A stretch of DNA of 62,897 nt, filler included, from Circinaria calcarea (GCA_051942165.1; 25 parts of 25 records of this genome joined end to end with filler, not necessarily neighbours in it), one strand, 5' to 3'; positions 22,756 through 36,220 are shown, counted from the whole stretch's first letter. The notes: a model not told the origin generated them from the letters alone. A program made the numbers and translations.

Positions 22756-22962
22756 GCCTGCTGTCAATGTTATCGCAGCAAGCCAGCCAAACTTTTCCCC
22801 GAGGGTATAAGGTCGTCTTGCTACCGATAGCGTCGCTTCTTCACATGGCAGAGACGGTAAGGGTTTCTCTTCCAATGGACCACGGATGGCTGTGGGACCA
22901 CCAAGCTTAGCATGTTGTCGTGTGGGATTGTAATCACTGGCTTGTGGTATGTCCGATGACAT
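22756..22962 (-). CDS. Hypothetical membrane protein, N-terminal fragment
   Basis: The ATG-initiated frame runs off the contig into a hydrophobic segment (EKFGWLAAITLTAG). No family recognised. Confidence 0.35.
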
Positions 22963-24002
22963 CCTTCTCTGAAGCGGTAGGATATTTGCTCTGCGCTCGT
23001 CTGAAACGGATATTCAAGACTGTAAAGTGACTGGCAACGAGCCCGGAGAACACGTTGCCCGGAGTGATTTTCATGGCGTTGCCTTGTGGGGGAGGTGCCA
23101 TTGATAGAGCATTGGCAATGAGCCTGAAGGGAGAGGCCAATCCATGACAATACTCAGAGAGTAGGCCCATGGTGATGAATAGGTCAAAGCGAAAGGATTG
23201 GATCATGCACCCGGCACCTGCTTTCAGCATGGAGATACACAAATATGAGAGACAAGTTAAATGCGACAGCCGCTTTCCGCTGATAACATCGAAAGGCCAG
23301 GGAAAAATGGGTCGAGTACGTGGGATCGTCCGGGAAGGTGACCGGTGTCCTTGGGCATAGCTGTCGTGGCAATCGTAGCACCTGCCCGATCACTCCCTAT
23401 TCGTCCTCCCTATGGCGTCCTCCTCCCCGCTGATGCCCGCCGAATTCACATCTGGTTGATCTTTCATGAATCCGATACACTCACTCACATCAGGAGTGGT
23501 AACAAGTCATAGATCACCTTTTGCACCCCACACCCGTTGGCGGCAGCTTAACGAAGTTGAAACAGAAAGCTCCTAGTGATTTCGGTTCATAGCGTGCGCG
23601 ACGGGATAGGCCGTGCCCTAAGATTTAAGCCGCCTTTCCAATCTGCGGCGAAGGAGACCAGGGATGGATGCCCAAGGAGGCGCAGGTACAGAACGGAAGA
23701 ATCGGTCAAGTGAAACCTGGCCAAGGTTGACTGGGGTGTAATGTGGATATCGTACCTTCGGACAGCATGATCGGCTAGGGTCACCTGGTTTTACGAGGTC
23801 TCAGCATTCAAACCAAGTCAGCAAAAGGCGATACTCTGTATTATTGCTTGGGTGCACGATAACAAAGGTACGCTTTATACAGTAGAATAGAATTATATTT
23901 GATGCCTCGAGCTCCTTTTCCTTCCACCCATTAATAAGTCCAAGTAACAAAATGCATCATGACTCCTATCCATTCAGCCGTCCGGTATCAGAAAGTCCAT
24001 AT

Positions 24003-24902
24003 TTACAACAAAAATGCCATCAACCCAGCCAAGATGGCTCCACCGCTAACAAGCCTCGTCGCGGCACCGCCAGTAAAAGGGCTGACAGTAGGCTGGGACG
24101 GGCTAGTGGTGTTTGAGGTCGTAGTGTTCCCAGCAACGAGGGTGAAGTTGGCGCAGGTAAGACGCGTGGTGTTGCTGGTGTGCACGACAACGGAGCGGTT
24201 ACCGAAGAAAGAGTTGCTGCCCGAGACGGTGCTCGTGTAGAGATCAAGGTAGCTGGTCGAACATGTCAGAACCACAACCTTGTCTGAATCTATATAACGG
24301 GACGGGGACGGGGTTTGTGGCTAACGTACCTAGTCTGGAAGGGGCTGACGGTAATGTTCCCGTACTTGCCGGCCAAGTCACCAGTCTGGCAGGTCTGGGG
24401 TTGAGCCGCGAAGCAGGCAGGCTGTTCACCACGGATAGTGGGGTCCAAGTGCGGTCCAGTACCGGTGCAGTTACCATTCGCCGGAACTGGTCGCTCGTGG
24501 ATGTGATATACTACAGGAATGCACATTAGCTCACCCCACCACCGGATTAGGACCGTAGAGATAACGTGGAGACCTACTGAAGGGGCCCAGCGCCTGCGAA
24601 GGGAAGCCGTAGAAATTGACGTTATACTGGACACCTTGACCACCAGGACCCGAAGTACCTGCGATCGAACCGCGGATACCGGTAGTGCTCACGTTCGGGA
24701 GGATGGCTTGATAGGTGACGCCTGCAGGGTTGTTCACGGTGACCGGAGCGTCACCAAGCTTGCCAGTGACCGGAGCAGGAGGGCCATTGTAGATGGGGCT
24801 GCCTTGGATAGTGTCATTTGGAGGGCCGGCTGGCTGGGTCTGAGGGATAGCAGTTGCGAAAGTAAGGCCGCTGAGGGCCAGGATTAGAGTCTTGGAGTGC
24901 AT
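24003..24902 (-). CDS. GPI-anchored extracellular Cu-only superoxide dismutase (Sod4/5/6-like)
   Basis: Signal peptide; introns 24577-24511 and 24329-24253; YHIHE, PHLDP, CQTGDLAGKYG, RSVVVH, TRLTCANF; S/T linker and a hydrophobic GPI signal at the C-terminus. Confidence 0.92.
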
Positions 24903-25096
24903 TTTTTGACGATTGAGCAGATTTGCGCGCGTTCGAGTGAAAGTGGTTGGGGGTTTCTATGCTGAGAGGCGGTGATTGGTTAGCGTACAAGCCCAATGTT
25001 GATTCAACCGCATTCTGGACGCGAGGGAAGCATCAAAGGAAGACTTACGAAAGAAAGTCTTTGGCTTGGAAGGAGAGAATCTTCACGCACACGAAC

Positions 25097-25113
25097 GAGA
25101 GAGAGAGAGAGAG
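25097..25113 (+). repeat. (GA)8 microsatellite upstream of the SOD gene
   Basis: Read directly from the sequence. Confidence 0.9.
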
Positions 25114-25277
25114 TCAGTAATAACTGAAAAGGGTCGATTCTCCTAGAAGCTGGGGGTGGAAGAGAAGAGAAGGGGGNNNNNNNNNNNNNNNNNNNNNNNN
25201 NNNNNNNNNNNNNNNNNNNNTTAATTAATTAANNNNNNNNNNNNNNNNNNNNNNNNNNNNNNNNNNNNNNNNNNNNG

Positions 25278-25810
25278 TTTACGGCCGAGAAACGTGGTTG
25301 GACCAAGTTTATCTCCATGCAAAACTACTACAACCTGCTGTATCGGGAAGAAGAAAGGGAGATGAACAAGTTCTGTAATGAAACGGGCGTGGGACTCATT
25401 CCGGTATGCCATCAAACATCCATTTGAGTAGCCTTGAAGCTCCCCTTCTGGCTGCACAGAAGATATTCGGCTAACTCTCCTCGCCTCAGTGGGGCCCACT
25501 GTCCCAAGGCAGATTGGCTCGCGCTTCATCAAATGAAGGCAATACTACCCGTTCCTCTGGGAAAAAGCTCGACGACTCAGACGCGGAGATTGTCGCTCGA
25601 GTGGAGAAAATTGCCAAAGACAAGGACTGGAAGATGAGCCATGTTGCACTTGCCTGGATCAATAAGCGGATCAGCAGCCCCATCATTGGGTTCAGCAGTG
25701 TGGCAAGGATGGATGAGGCTTTGAGTGCGAGAGGGAAGACGCTGAGTCCGGAAGATGAGAAGTTCTTGGAGGAGCTTTATAAACCGAAGCCGGTCATGGG
25801 GCATGGATAG
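25278..25810 (+). CDS. Aldo-keto reductase (aryl-alcohol dehydrogenase-like), C-terminal fragment
   Basis: [36 protein letters not shown], intron 25404-25489, then [11 protein letters not shown]...VALAW...SPIIGFSS...[12 protein letters not shown]. Confidence 0.92.
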
Positions 25811-26808
25811 ATAGAGTGCATTGTCTGTGGTTTGCATTGCAGTTAGGTTAATTTATATATTCATGGACCGAGCCAAGCTGCATCTGTGCTGGGCAAGACG
25901 TCAATCCGATCTGACCAAGCACTATCATCTAAGCCGACATCTTCAAATCCCTCACACTGCCTCATGAGCATCTATGCCTTTTTGTTCGCAGTCACAGATC
26001 CGTAGTTAAGAAAAAATTCTCATTAGATATACCACTAGGTAACAGACCCCATGCCTGGTCCTGTCGTGTTTTCACACACGCTGTTGAGTTTCAAGGGTTC
26101 CCAAGCTTGAAGCCACCAAAGGCCTCCCATAATGCAGCCGGTGTAGCCGGTGTAGTATAGTGCGAGACCCTATCAAGGCGTCAAGTCCGTGAGGCAGCTA
26201 TAGATTTAAGTCAAGGGTAAGCTAATTAACCTAGTCTTCGGAAATAGGGTAAAAGCCTGCGGGTTATTTGTTGTCGAAAAAATACGGCCACTAGAAATTC
26301 GGCACTGAATGATTTATCACCAATTAAAACGCTACCTATCTATGGCTCGAAATCAACCGCGGCAGTCTACACACAGCAAGCCGGGTGTAGTGGGTGACGC
26401 TACTTCGTGATGCTTATAACGGGCGGAACCGTCCGAAATGCGAGAGCTTTTGGCTAACGTCTGATACGGCAAGGGCTGCAGCATGGGATTGACGTGCTAA
26501 TTTCTGAGAGCGTGAGAGGAGAACAGATCTTGATGGTGTTTTTTATAATAGATAAACGTCTGTGGCCACACCGAGTTCAGGTGTTCACCTGCTATGCCTC
26601 TCGCAATAGAGTCAATACAGATACTCTCCTCAACTTCTTACTCTTTCCCTAAACGAAAATGTTCATCGATGCTGCGAACAACTCGCGAGTGTGCAACGTC
26701 AGGCACTGTTTATTTGTCGAAAGACAACCTTCTGGAACAACCTAGCATTATTTCCGAATACCGAGTCAAGAACCCCAAAGTCTTTAGAGTCTTCTCCGCG
26801 ATGATCGA

Positions 26809-27697
26809 TTAATCCGTTTGCCACCCTTCATCAAATTCATCGGCATAACTTCCTCGGTCTGTAATTCTGGACACTTCCTGGTTGCGCATAGGTGGTTCCG
26901 GAGTCGAAGGTCGCAGAAGATAACTTTCCATCGCTTGGCTTGAAATCCCCATTGGCACCAGGTTTTTCGGGGACAAGTTAATAAGCCTAGACGGATACTC
27001 TTGCAAATTCAACGATTCCTTCATCCTCCTCGTACTCGACATGGGGTTCGTCATCATCAGCTTGAACGTAGGAATCAGAGACCTGTCCTCCACAATGCTT
27101 TGTAGGCAGTCTAAGACAATCTCTAGGTCCTTGAATGTTGCGTTCTTATCGAAAGATGAAATGGAGTCGATGATGCAAAATACTGTGGTGTCCGGAGGGA
27201 ATTGGTATAGAAGCGTCCAAAGCGTGTTGCAGAGACTGGCTAAATCGTGCTTTTCGAGTGCCAATAGGTAGTCCCGATTGTTGATAAAGTCCAAACTCAG
27301 GATCTTTGATTTGAACAGCTTCATCAACAGCTGTACGATCAGGGAACGAACGAGTCCGTTTGGACCATGCCAGGGATCTCTGGGAGCCACGTGTGAGTTA
27401 CAAAAGAAATGAGCCACTGCTTCATCAGGGTTGACTTTGACCATTCCAGCAACGAAAGTAGCTGAAAAGACTGACATGGCCGATATTCCCGGACCGCTAG
27501 AACGGATATTGGCGTCGACGAGAATCATATCTATATTATAGGGGTTCATCCACTGAAAAAATCGATTGTGTCGTAGCAGTGATTGGATTTGGCCCTGCGT
27601 GGCTGTTGAGAATTTACTCTTCTGCATCAGAGCTCGTTCAAAATCCTTATTTGGATGCTGGAACATTTGATCCAGGTCGACTGGCTGACCTCCAATA
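26809..27697 (-). CDS. Divergent NACHT/STAND-like domain protein, C-terminal part
   Basis: FFQW...ILVDAN...AHFFC..H......GPNGLVRSLIVQLL...VFCIIDSIS...FKLMMT follows the motif order of fungal NACHT domains, including a Walker-B-like hhhhD. There is no GxxxxGK[ST]. Confidence 0.65.
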
Positions 27698-28180
27698 NNN
27701 NNNNNNNNNNNNNNNNNNNNNNNNNNNNNNNNNNNNNNNNNTTAATTAATTAANNNNNNNNNNNNNNNNNNNNNNNNNNNNNNNNNNNNNNNNNNNNATC
27801 AATTTGGTAGCAGGATTACAATCTTTCTTTCACCTCCACATCAGCTCTGGACTTTGCATAAGTCTTCAGTACTTTCCTTAATTATCTGTATGCCGTTAGC
27901 ACTTCCAAGCTCATCTTGCTACTGGTTGATGCACGAAGCCCTCGATTCTTCGTTTAGGCTTGATACTATTTTTTATAGAAGTCCTCGCCTTTACCTTCTA
28001 TAGTTAGTTGAAATATAAGAGTAGGCGCTTCTAGTAGTGGTGCTGTTTTTCCAATCAAAACGTTATCCGAACACACAGAACAGCAAACACAAGAAGACCT
28101 TTTGGGGTATCAGCACCAAGCATCGCCGGATATGCGTCGCTCGAAGATATGCACAGACGCACTGAAATGCACACGATATC

Positions 28181-30218
28181 TCATAGACAAGATGCGAGGA
28201 ATATCACCACCCAAAATAGAAGAACTCCAAGTATCACTACCAAGAAGCTGAGACGACTCCCCATCCGTCTAGCATCCCCGGTAAAAGGCATTCCATACAG
28301 AGAACCGGGTATGCCCGCACCTGTCGGACTCGAGGAAACCGGACTAACCCCAATCGCTCCGAAGCCAGACATAATCAACGCGCCTAGTCCCCCAGACGCA
28401 GCAGTAGCAGTCTCACCATCAGGGGCGTATACCTCTATCTTACTCCCCACCACAAGCACAGTAGAGCCCAGGGAGATATACGTTCCACCGACCGTAATAC
28501 CCGGGCTCCCTGGTGTAAGCGTTGAACCCGCAACTACGATATTGCTAGGCGGAAGCGCAATGGTCTCCGAACTGATAATCCCGCGGGTTGCTGGGATTGG
28601 GATGGGAAGCTGGACTGTGGAAGAGCCGATGACGAGACCCGAGGGGCCTAGGCTTATGGGCTGACCGGAGATGGTTATTGCGGGTTGGCCTATGACGATT
28701 GTTTGGGAGCCTATGAGTGCGGCGGAAGGGTTTATGATGGAGATCTGTTGGCCAGCTATTGTTGTCATCATGTGAGGATTCACAGTGGGTAGTATCGCGG
28801 TCGCAGCAGTAGGAATGGCGACGGCTTGTCCGTTAACGTAGATTGAGCCGCCGGTTACGATAATGGGAATCGCATCGATGGTTGTCGGCGCTCCACCTTG
28901 CGTCAATGTCGTGCCGTCAAAGATGATTGCGCCTGGACTCTCAGCCACAGGAGTGAAAGCTCGGCCACCCACTGTTAGTACATTTGCGGGACCCGGCGAA
29001 ATCCCGGGATCTGACCGTGCTGTTGGGGTAAAGGTGAAATCATTGACTACTACACGGCTTGAGGTTTGTTTGGATTGGTCATTTGTATTCGTAATCACTG
29101 CAGGCCCCGGTACGATAGAACTCTGAGGCGACGGTGAAGGGACACTTACTGTTGGCGGAGGGCCCTGACTCGCAATAGTGGCCACTGGAGCGGAGAATGC
29201 GTTTTCTTTGGAACTTGGCGAGGTTGATTCGAGCGGCATGTCCGGATCAACATTCACCGTTGTACTTGTAATAGAAGGATACCGGCTTGTTGGAGTTACT
29301 GTGACTGGCATTGGACTTGGGCCAACTTGAGCGGATGTGGTAAGAGGTGTTACAATTCCCGGATTATTTGTCCAGTGAGGAACCTCTAGACCATTAGTTG
29401 CTGTTAAGGCGAAAGGGGGATCGTAAAAGGCCTTGATCCCGTCCGAGCAAATCCTCCATTGCGGATTCAAAGTAAGAATCTGCTGTAGAACAGAGAGCAT
29501 TGGCGAGCAAGTCTTATACGAATATGGCCACGCGAATGCTGGGGTTTGTCTGACAATTGTTGAGCTGGCTGTCACATAATCTGACCACGCCATCGTCCCT
29601 TTGCCACCTGGACTAGTAGCATAGACAACGCTGGTTATGTACGTACAACCTCCCCTAAATTGGCGATTAACAATCCTGCAGCTGTCTAAACGAGGGTGGG
29701 AATAATCAACCTACTGCAAATCCATGTAATTGAATGAGGACCACGTATATTGACCTCTAAATCCAAGAATACCCTCATTGCAACGATCCCCCACCAGATC
29801 TGAAACGCTATGTTCTATGTTCTTATCAGTGGACAACGCATCTGGTGCGAATGCCAAGGTAGTCCTAGAAATAGCTGTTCCAACCACTCCGCAGAGATTG
29901 GTGGCATTCAATGACTGAAATGCGACGTAGACTGAAGGCGAAGTACTAGGCATCCAATGAGCACCATAAGCTCACAACCACTAAAGTACTTACAAGGTGA
30001 AATTAGCAACCCTATCAACCAAAGCTGATATAGCGGGCGTTGGTTTTGGTGTGGGCCAATAGAAAACTTCCACATCGCCTCCCATGATAGTACAGTCAAG
30101 GCAACATGGAGAGGATGCCGTGAAGGGAAAAGCCTTAGGTATGGGGCTTCTGTAAAGTCCCGTCCCACCATACCACGTTTCTGACAGTGTTACGTATGGT
30201 ACGGTAGCAAGATACTGG
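28181..30218 (-). CDS. Ser/Thr/Pro-rich, probably GPI-anchored cell-surface protein (multi-exon, 5'-truncated)
   Basis: Cys-containing exons (SPSVYVAFQSLNATNLCGVVG; QWRIC...YDPPFAL), repeated 'TLTxGGxxxTIxGxxISLG' units, and a terminal hydrophobic tail. The last exon is open for more than 470 codons. Confidence 0.75.
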
Positions 30219-31874
30219 NNNNNNNNNNNNNNNNNNNNNNNNNNNNNNNNNNNNNNNNNNNNTTAATTAATTAANNNNNNNNNNNNNNNNNNNNNNNNNN
30301 NNNNNNNNNNNNNNNNNNTCGGGATTCCCCCGGGGGGACTTATTCGGGGGTTGGGTGGGAGCATGATGGCAGCATAAGTATGGACCAATGTTTTAGAGCG
30401 TAGAACTATTTAGATGACGTCGCTACTTTCGCAGAGTAATAGAAGACGAGTAGCCCAGAAAGCCAGTCTTCATTGTAAAGATCTTACATGGTGTCTTACA
30501 AGCACATTGATCTACTCTGGCTAGAATGGGTGATAAGAATCCAATCCGTAGTTGTTTCACTTGTACCGGAAATGCTGATATTCAAGCCACGGGGTTGCTC
30601 ATGGACAACATCCATGTGCACAAAGGATTCTCGTTGTTTTTCCATGATTGCTCATATCTTATATTCCCCACCACATGTACCTCTCTATCCGCCCTCATCA
30701 TCCTGTCTAACCCGTTAGAGTTTCCATAAAACCATGGCTGTCAGGTCTCAACTCTCAAAGTACAGCCTCATCCAGAAGCCGGCCAAGGCTATTGTTACAC
30801 ATGGGGATCCTTAATTGGGGATCCTTAATTAGGCATCGCCTCAATCTCGGTGGAGTCCATAGAGTCGTCGTACGGATGGCGAAGATGGACGGTCAGCGGT
30901 CCCACATGAATCTCTCTGAACCTTCGCGTGAGTAGCAAAGTGGGTCCGCCGGCGGCGTCAGCAGGACCCATGTACTCTCTGGAAGTACAGAGCATCGTCG
31001 TACTCTGTACTGACAAATAGCACATACCGCGCTATCTCATGGACGTGGGCCGCTTCGGGATCCAAGATGGATTCGACAAACACGGACTTGCTCCGTGCAG
31101 ACATCCAATCTGCAATTTGAAGATTTCAAAGATCGAAGTTGAGAAAGACATTCTGGAGTGAGATAGATCATGGCCGCCGAGACAGCGCCTCTAGGCCAAA
31201 TGCTCACTTCACACAAGATGGTCTTCATGGTCTCAACCAGTCTTTGGCTGTAATCCGGTATAATTGAATCATTTGACCTTCTTGAAAGTACCACAATAAA
31301 CATTCAGGCGGAAAACCAGATTCAAGCGTGTAGCTATTAATAGACAGAAAGATCTGCGACGCTAGAATAACATGTGCACGGTCCCAGTTCGACATACGAA
31401 GGGACTGCGTCACCGGAAAAGTTTGTTTCTTTCGCCATTTACCGACTACGGTATAGGTAACCACACTCTTCCCCACCCGAATGACGTTTAAGCGCAGCGG
31501 CTGACGGTGTATTGGTGAAGATATGACACCCAAAGCAGGAATAGACTTGGCATTGTCCATCCCCGCTCGCCAGTTCTAGCTCCACAGTTGAGATGCAGGG
31601 GTGTTACTAAAGAATAACCGGTCACGAGTAGAGAAATTTCTTTATGGCGTAAACAGCTTTGGTAGGTATTCCTCGTACTTGCAGACGCAGCGAAGATCCG
31701 AGTGAATCCAAAGTAAGGCTAAGGCAAGCGTCATGTATATATAGAGGTTTTCTCCATCCCCTCTTTCTCCCTTCACCCTTCACTCAGCCCCTCTAGCATC
31801 TATTCCTCCTGCTATACCTGTTGTTGGGCAGAAGACACATTCGTTTGTACTTCATATCGTTCGTCACACTCAAC

Positions 31875-32738
31875 ATGCTTCTTTCCACTTCACTCTTTGC
31901 CCTTGCGGCCTCTCTATCTACCTCTTACGCACAGGTCTATCAGGGCTTCAACTACGGCTCTACCAATACCGATGGCTCTCCAGTCACCCAGTCCTACTTC
32001 CAGAGTCTGTTTACAACCGCACAAAACCTCGTTGGCACGTCCGGCTTCACCCGTGCCCGTCTTTATACCACCATCCAAGCCGGGACGGTCAACGCCCCAA
32101 TCGAAGCTATCCCTGCGGCCATTGCCACCAAGACCTCGCTTCTCCTTGGCTTGTGGGCATCAGCCGGGCAGACTAATATTGACAATGAGATAGTTGCCTT
32201 GAAGAGCGCCATCAACCAATACGGCACCGCTTTCACCGACCTCATAACCGGCATTTCTGTTGGTAGTGAGGACCTTTACCGCATCTCTCCCACCGGTGTT
32301 ATCAACAAGTCTGGAATTGGTGCCCAGCCGGCTGATATTGTCAATTACATTGGTCAAGTTCGTACTGCCATTCAGGGTACGCTAGCAAGCAGCAAGCCTG
32401 TCGGACATGTTGATACATGGACGGCATGGGTGAATGGTTCCAACAACGCAGTCATCTCTGCGTCCGACTTCATTGGCATGAACGCTTTTCCCTACTTCCA
32501 AAACACCATGGCCAACTCCGTCGAAAATGGAAACGCGACCTTCTTCGATGCGTATGATGCTACACTCGCTGTTGTTGGTAGCAAGCCTGTATGGATCACC
32601 GAGACTGGTTGGCCTGTCAGCGGTCCTACAGAAAACCAAGCCGTGGCAAGTCCCGCCAACGCTCAGATATATTGGGATCAAGTCGGATGTGCCGTCTTTG
32701 GCAAAATCAACACATACTGGTACACGTTACAAGATTCT
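31875..32738 (+). CDS. eglC: GH17 glucan endo-1,3-beta-glucosidase EglC, 3'-truncated
   Basis: Signal peptide; [54 protein letters not shown], with both catalytic Glu residues present. Confidence 0.95.
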
Positions 32739-32912
32739 NNNNNNNNNNNNNNNNNNNNNNNNNNNNNNNNNNNNNNNNNNNNTTAATTAATTAANNNNNN
32801 NNNNNNNNNNNNNNNNNNNNNNNNNNNNNNNNNNNNNNGTTTGGAGAAGAGCGTTTGCGTCTCGGTCTCGGTGAGAGAGCGCATGGTGGAGGAAGGAGGG
32901 GGGATGGGGGAT

Positions 32913-32946
32913 GGAAGTGGGAAGTGGGAAGTGGGAAGTGGGAAGT
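32913..32946 (+). repeat. (GGAAGTG)x~5 heptamer tandem repeat
   Basis: Read directly from the sequence. Confidence 0.9.
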
Positions 32947-33482
32947 TGGGGGAAAATTGCTTCGTTCACATTGCCAATCTGATGTTGGAACGAAGCTGGA
33001 AGGGAAGCATGTTTTCACGAGGCTAAAATGCTAGTTTCAGCTCTAAACGGTAGTTGCCGAGGCTCCCATGATTGGGGTCTCAACCCCACGCTCCTAACCT
33101 CCTTCAGCCGCTTTCGCGACATGTCCCTGCTTTGGGCTTTGAAAACACTTACTAAGCTGGCTGATAAATGGATTGGACGGCCCGGAAGCCGCACCTCCTC
33201 TCCGCCTTTTCTACGCCGGATGCTCTTATCGGTCATGCGTTTTGCTGGGAAAAATGGAATCAAAGGCGGTGAATGGTGCAGAAGGCGGATGCAAAGGTGA
33301 GTGAAGGGCAAAAGGAGACACCCTCCGTGTCCACATGCCTACCGCAGTCAACATGATTCATCCAACGTTTTCATATACTTCAGTTCTCCGCCGTGTTATC
33401 AATGTAGTGCTACTACCTTAACATATCTGTAGCCTCACTATTCCCTCTATCCTTGATTCCCAGCGGTCTTGAGCTCGTCAAG

Positions 33483-34940
33483 ATGCGTCAACTTGTTTCA
33501 TTCTGGTTTCTGCTGGCTTGCACCGGCTCTGTATGGGCAGTCCTTTTCACGTCCGACTTCAGTGTTCTCCAGACGCGTGCCCCGGTCAACATCTCTCGTC
33601 GAGGCCCTACAGCTCTCCAACGGGCATACGCAAAGTACGGCATCAGGTCTGTACTGCACCTTACCCCCAGGGGCCAACAGGGTAGTGTCATCAACCAGCC
33701 ACACAATTTTGCAGGCTTTGACAACTACCCTGACGACGAGTACATTGCAACCATTGGCATTGGTACGCCTTGTCAAACTCTGTTGGTGGACTTGGACACT
33801 GGTTCCGCAGACTTGTAGGTCCTTCCTGCCACGCTTTCGATGCGCTGCTGAACGTCGGCCAGTTGGGTTTATTCATCAGAGACTCCACTGGAGGACGGCC
33901 GTTCCAACCATTCATACTATGATCCGTCCAAATCCACTACCTCGAGGAAGCTCGCTGGCTATAATTACAGCATTACCTATGGCGATGGTAGCTTCTCGTC
34001 CGGTGATGTGTATACTGACGTTGTTGATTTTGGCGGCGTCAAGTTCGCCACGCAATCTGTCGAAGCAGCCAAGATTGTATCTCCCGATTTCCTCCCGGAT
34101 CCATACTTCGATGGTTATTTTGGCCTCGGTCACGATGGTGGTAATCAAAGTGAGCTGGGCCTGCTCCTTATTCACACATATCCGCCTTCTGCTCCTATTC
34201 GGCTGGATCTTACTAACCCGGAGTAGTCAAACCTAATGCCCAGAAGACTTTCTTCACCAACGTCGCCCCTTCTCTGACATCTCCACTTTTTACCGCCTCC
34301 CTCAATCACTTGAATGCGGGCGTTTATGACTTTGGCTTCATAGACCCCAGGAAATACTCAGGGCCATTGAGGTTCTTCCCATCTCCTGCTCCGCCAGCAG
34401 GCCATGGTTGGTGGGTTGTCAACGCAACAGGCTATTCGGTCGGGAGTACTAAGACTCTCACGTCGTTTGTGGGCGGACTGCTAGCCATCATTGACACGGG
34501 CAATACATTCCTGCTCTTACCGCAGCAATATTGCGATAGCTACTATGCACAAGCATCATCCGTAGTCAATGATCCCGACTATGGCTACATCTACCCTTGC
34601 AAGGCCGCTTTGCCGGATCTTACCATTGCTATTGGAGACTACCAGGCTAGAATCCCAGGTTCACTACTTCAAGGTGCGAATCTCAACAGTACCAGTAAGT
34701 TGTTGCCTCTATACCGGCGTACATGGCGGTCTTTTTCATCCCTTTGGGGTCAATATTAACTTCATGTACCCAGCCTGCTTCACGGGTCTGCACTCTATTC
34801 CGCAGGCACCCAACATCCCAAACGCGGTCTTCGGTGATACCTTCCTGAAGACCACTTTCACTGTGTTCAAGTACCCGCCAGGCGGTTCGGCAAGTCTCGG
34901 CTTTGCCACCAAGCCCAGCGGCTCTTCGTATGTGAGCTAG
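33483..34940 (+). CDS. Secreted pepsin-like (A1) aspartic protease, aspergillopepsin-like; complete
   Basis: Introns 33815-33862, 34150-34226 and 34695-34773. Signal peptide; DLDTGSADFWV; flap ITYGDG; DGYFGLG; IIDTGNTFLLLP; VFGDTFLK. Confidence 0.93.
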
Positions 34941-36006
34941 GAAAACAATGTGAAAGAGGCAAGGTCCTTGCACGTATTAGGATCGGCGAACCTTAGGGTA
35001 GGTGGTTACATACAGAGATAAGGATAGCCTCTAGATTGCAGAAATTCAAACAGTCTTGCTACTTTGAATGAGGCAGTTAAAATTACATGTACCAATTTAC
35101 ATCTGTGCATGATCATTCCATGACATTTGACTTTAGACGGCAACGCCAGAGTCCCTTGCTCGATCGCCGTAACCCTCACATATACGTGGGGCACAAGAGA
35201 ATTGGCTTCGGGCCACTATCATATCTAAATGTACGGGCAGATTTTCGGGGAGAAANNNNNNNNNNNNNNNNNNNNNNNNNNNNNNNNNNNNNNNNNNNNT
35301 TAATTAATTAANNNNNNNNNNNNNNNNNNNNNNNNNNNNNNNNNNNNNNNNNNNNGGAGGAGAAGAGATTGGGAGGGTCGGGAGGGCGCAACAGTCCGCA
35401 ACGGGGCCTCCTGAACGGGCAGGCTAAAGCGGAGCCGCAAGGATGAGGGTCAAGGATACCGAGCGACTCTCATCCATGTATCTATGCGTTGATGACTTTG
35501 GTTCTCCTTTGCCTATAGTTGTTTCTATTCTACGTACTCGGCGGATCTGATAGCGATACCATTTAGTCGCGTTGGAGGATTGGAGATCGGGGGAGGGGTG
35601 GGAAGGATAAGGACGGTGGTGTGAACGGGTGCCGAGTACGCACATTCGATATCGCTATTGATTGTAAATTTCAACGTAATGTTCCAACGATTGCTATCAG
35701 CCGTGAGAGTGCCGGTAAGCCGGTTGTACCGCAGTAGCCAATTGCCGAGCTCGAGCTATTCGCTTTGGTTGGCAATAAATGGTGCAGGGACATCAAGGTG
35801 GCGTTCTCAACATGTAGCCTATGCCCGTGGTGGGGTTTCACTAGGTCTAGTGATCCAATGGATCTAACATGCACAGATCTTCAATAACAACAACGGTCTT
35901 GACGGTCGACTCGCACACACAACTACATCATCGCTGCTTGAACGCGTGCTCCACAACGACTGCCGTGCTTGCGCCCGTCTGCCAAGTCCGCCAATGCTTG
36001 GAAGTA

Positions 36007-36220
36007 CAAATGGCCACCTTATTCACCTGATTTGAACCCTATTGAAGCCGTGTGGAATATTATGAAAGAATGGATTCAAGAGCACTACGGAAATGAAGAC
36101 AAGCTCTCCTATGACAGGCTTAGAAAATCAGTAAGGGAAGCATTGGATGCTGCCACGGAGGACCAGTTATATCTCTGCATGCTCGCTGCCAGGCAGTTAT
36201 TAATGCCAATAGGCTGAAAA
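36007..36220 (+). mobile_element. Tc1/mariner (DDE_3) transposase C-terminal remnant
   Basis: WPPYSPDLNPIEAVWNIMKEWI is the Tc1 signature around the catalytic Glu. A frameshifted CQAVINAN tail follows. The upstream part of the transposase is missing. Confidence 0.88.

Noticed and set aside
30802..30829. Perfect 14-bp tandem duplication TGGGGATCCTTAAT
   Set aside because: It is an isolated slippage or footprint with no associated element.
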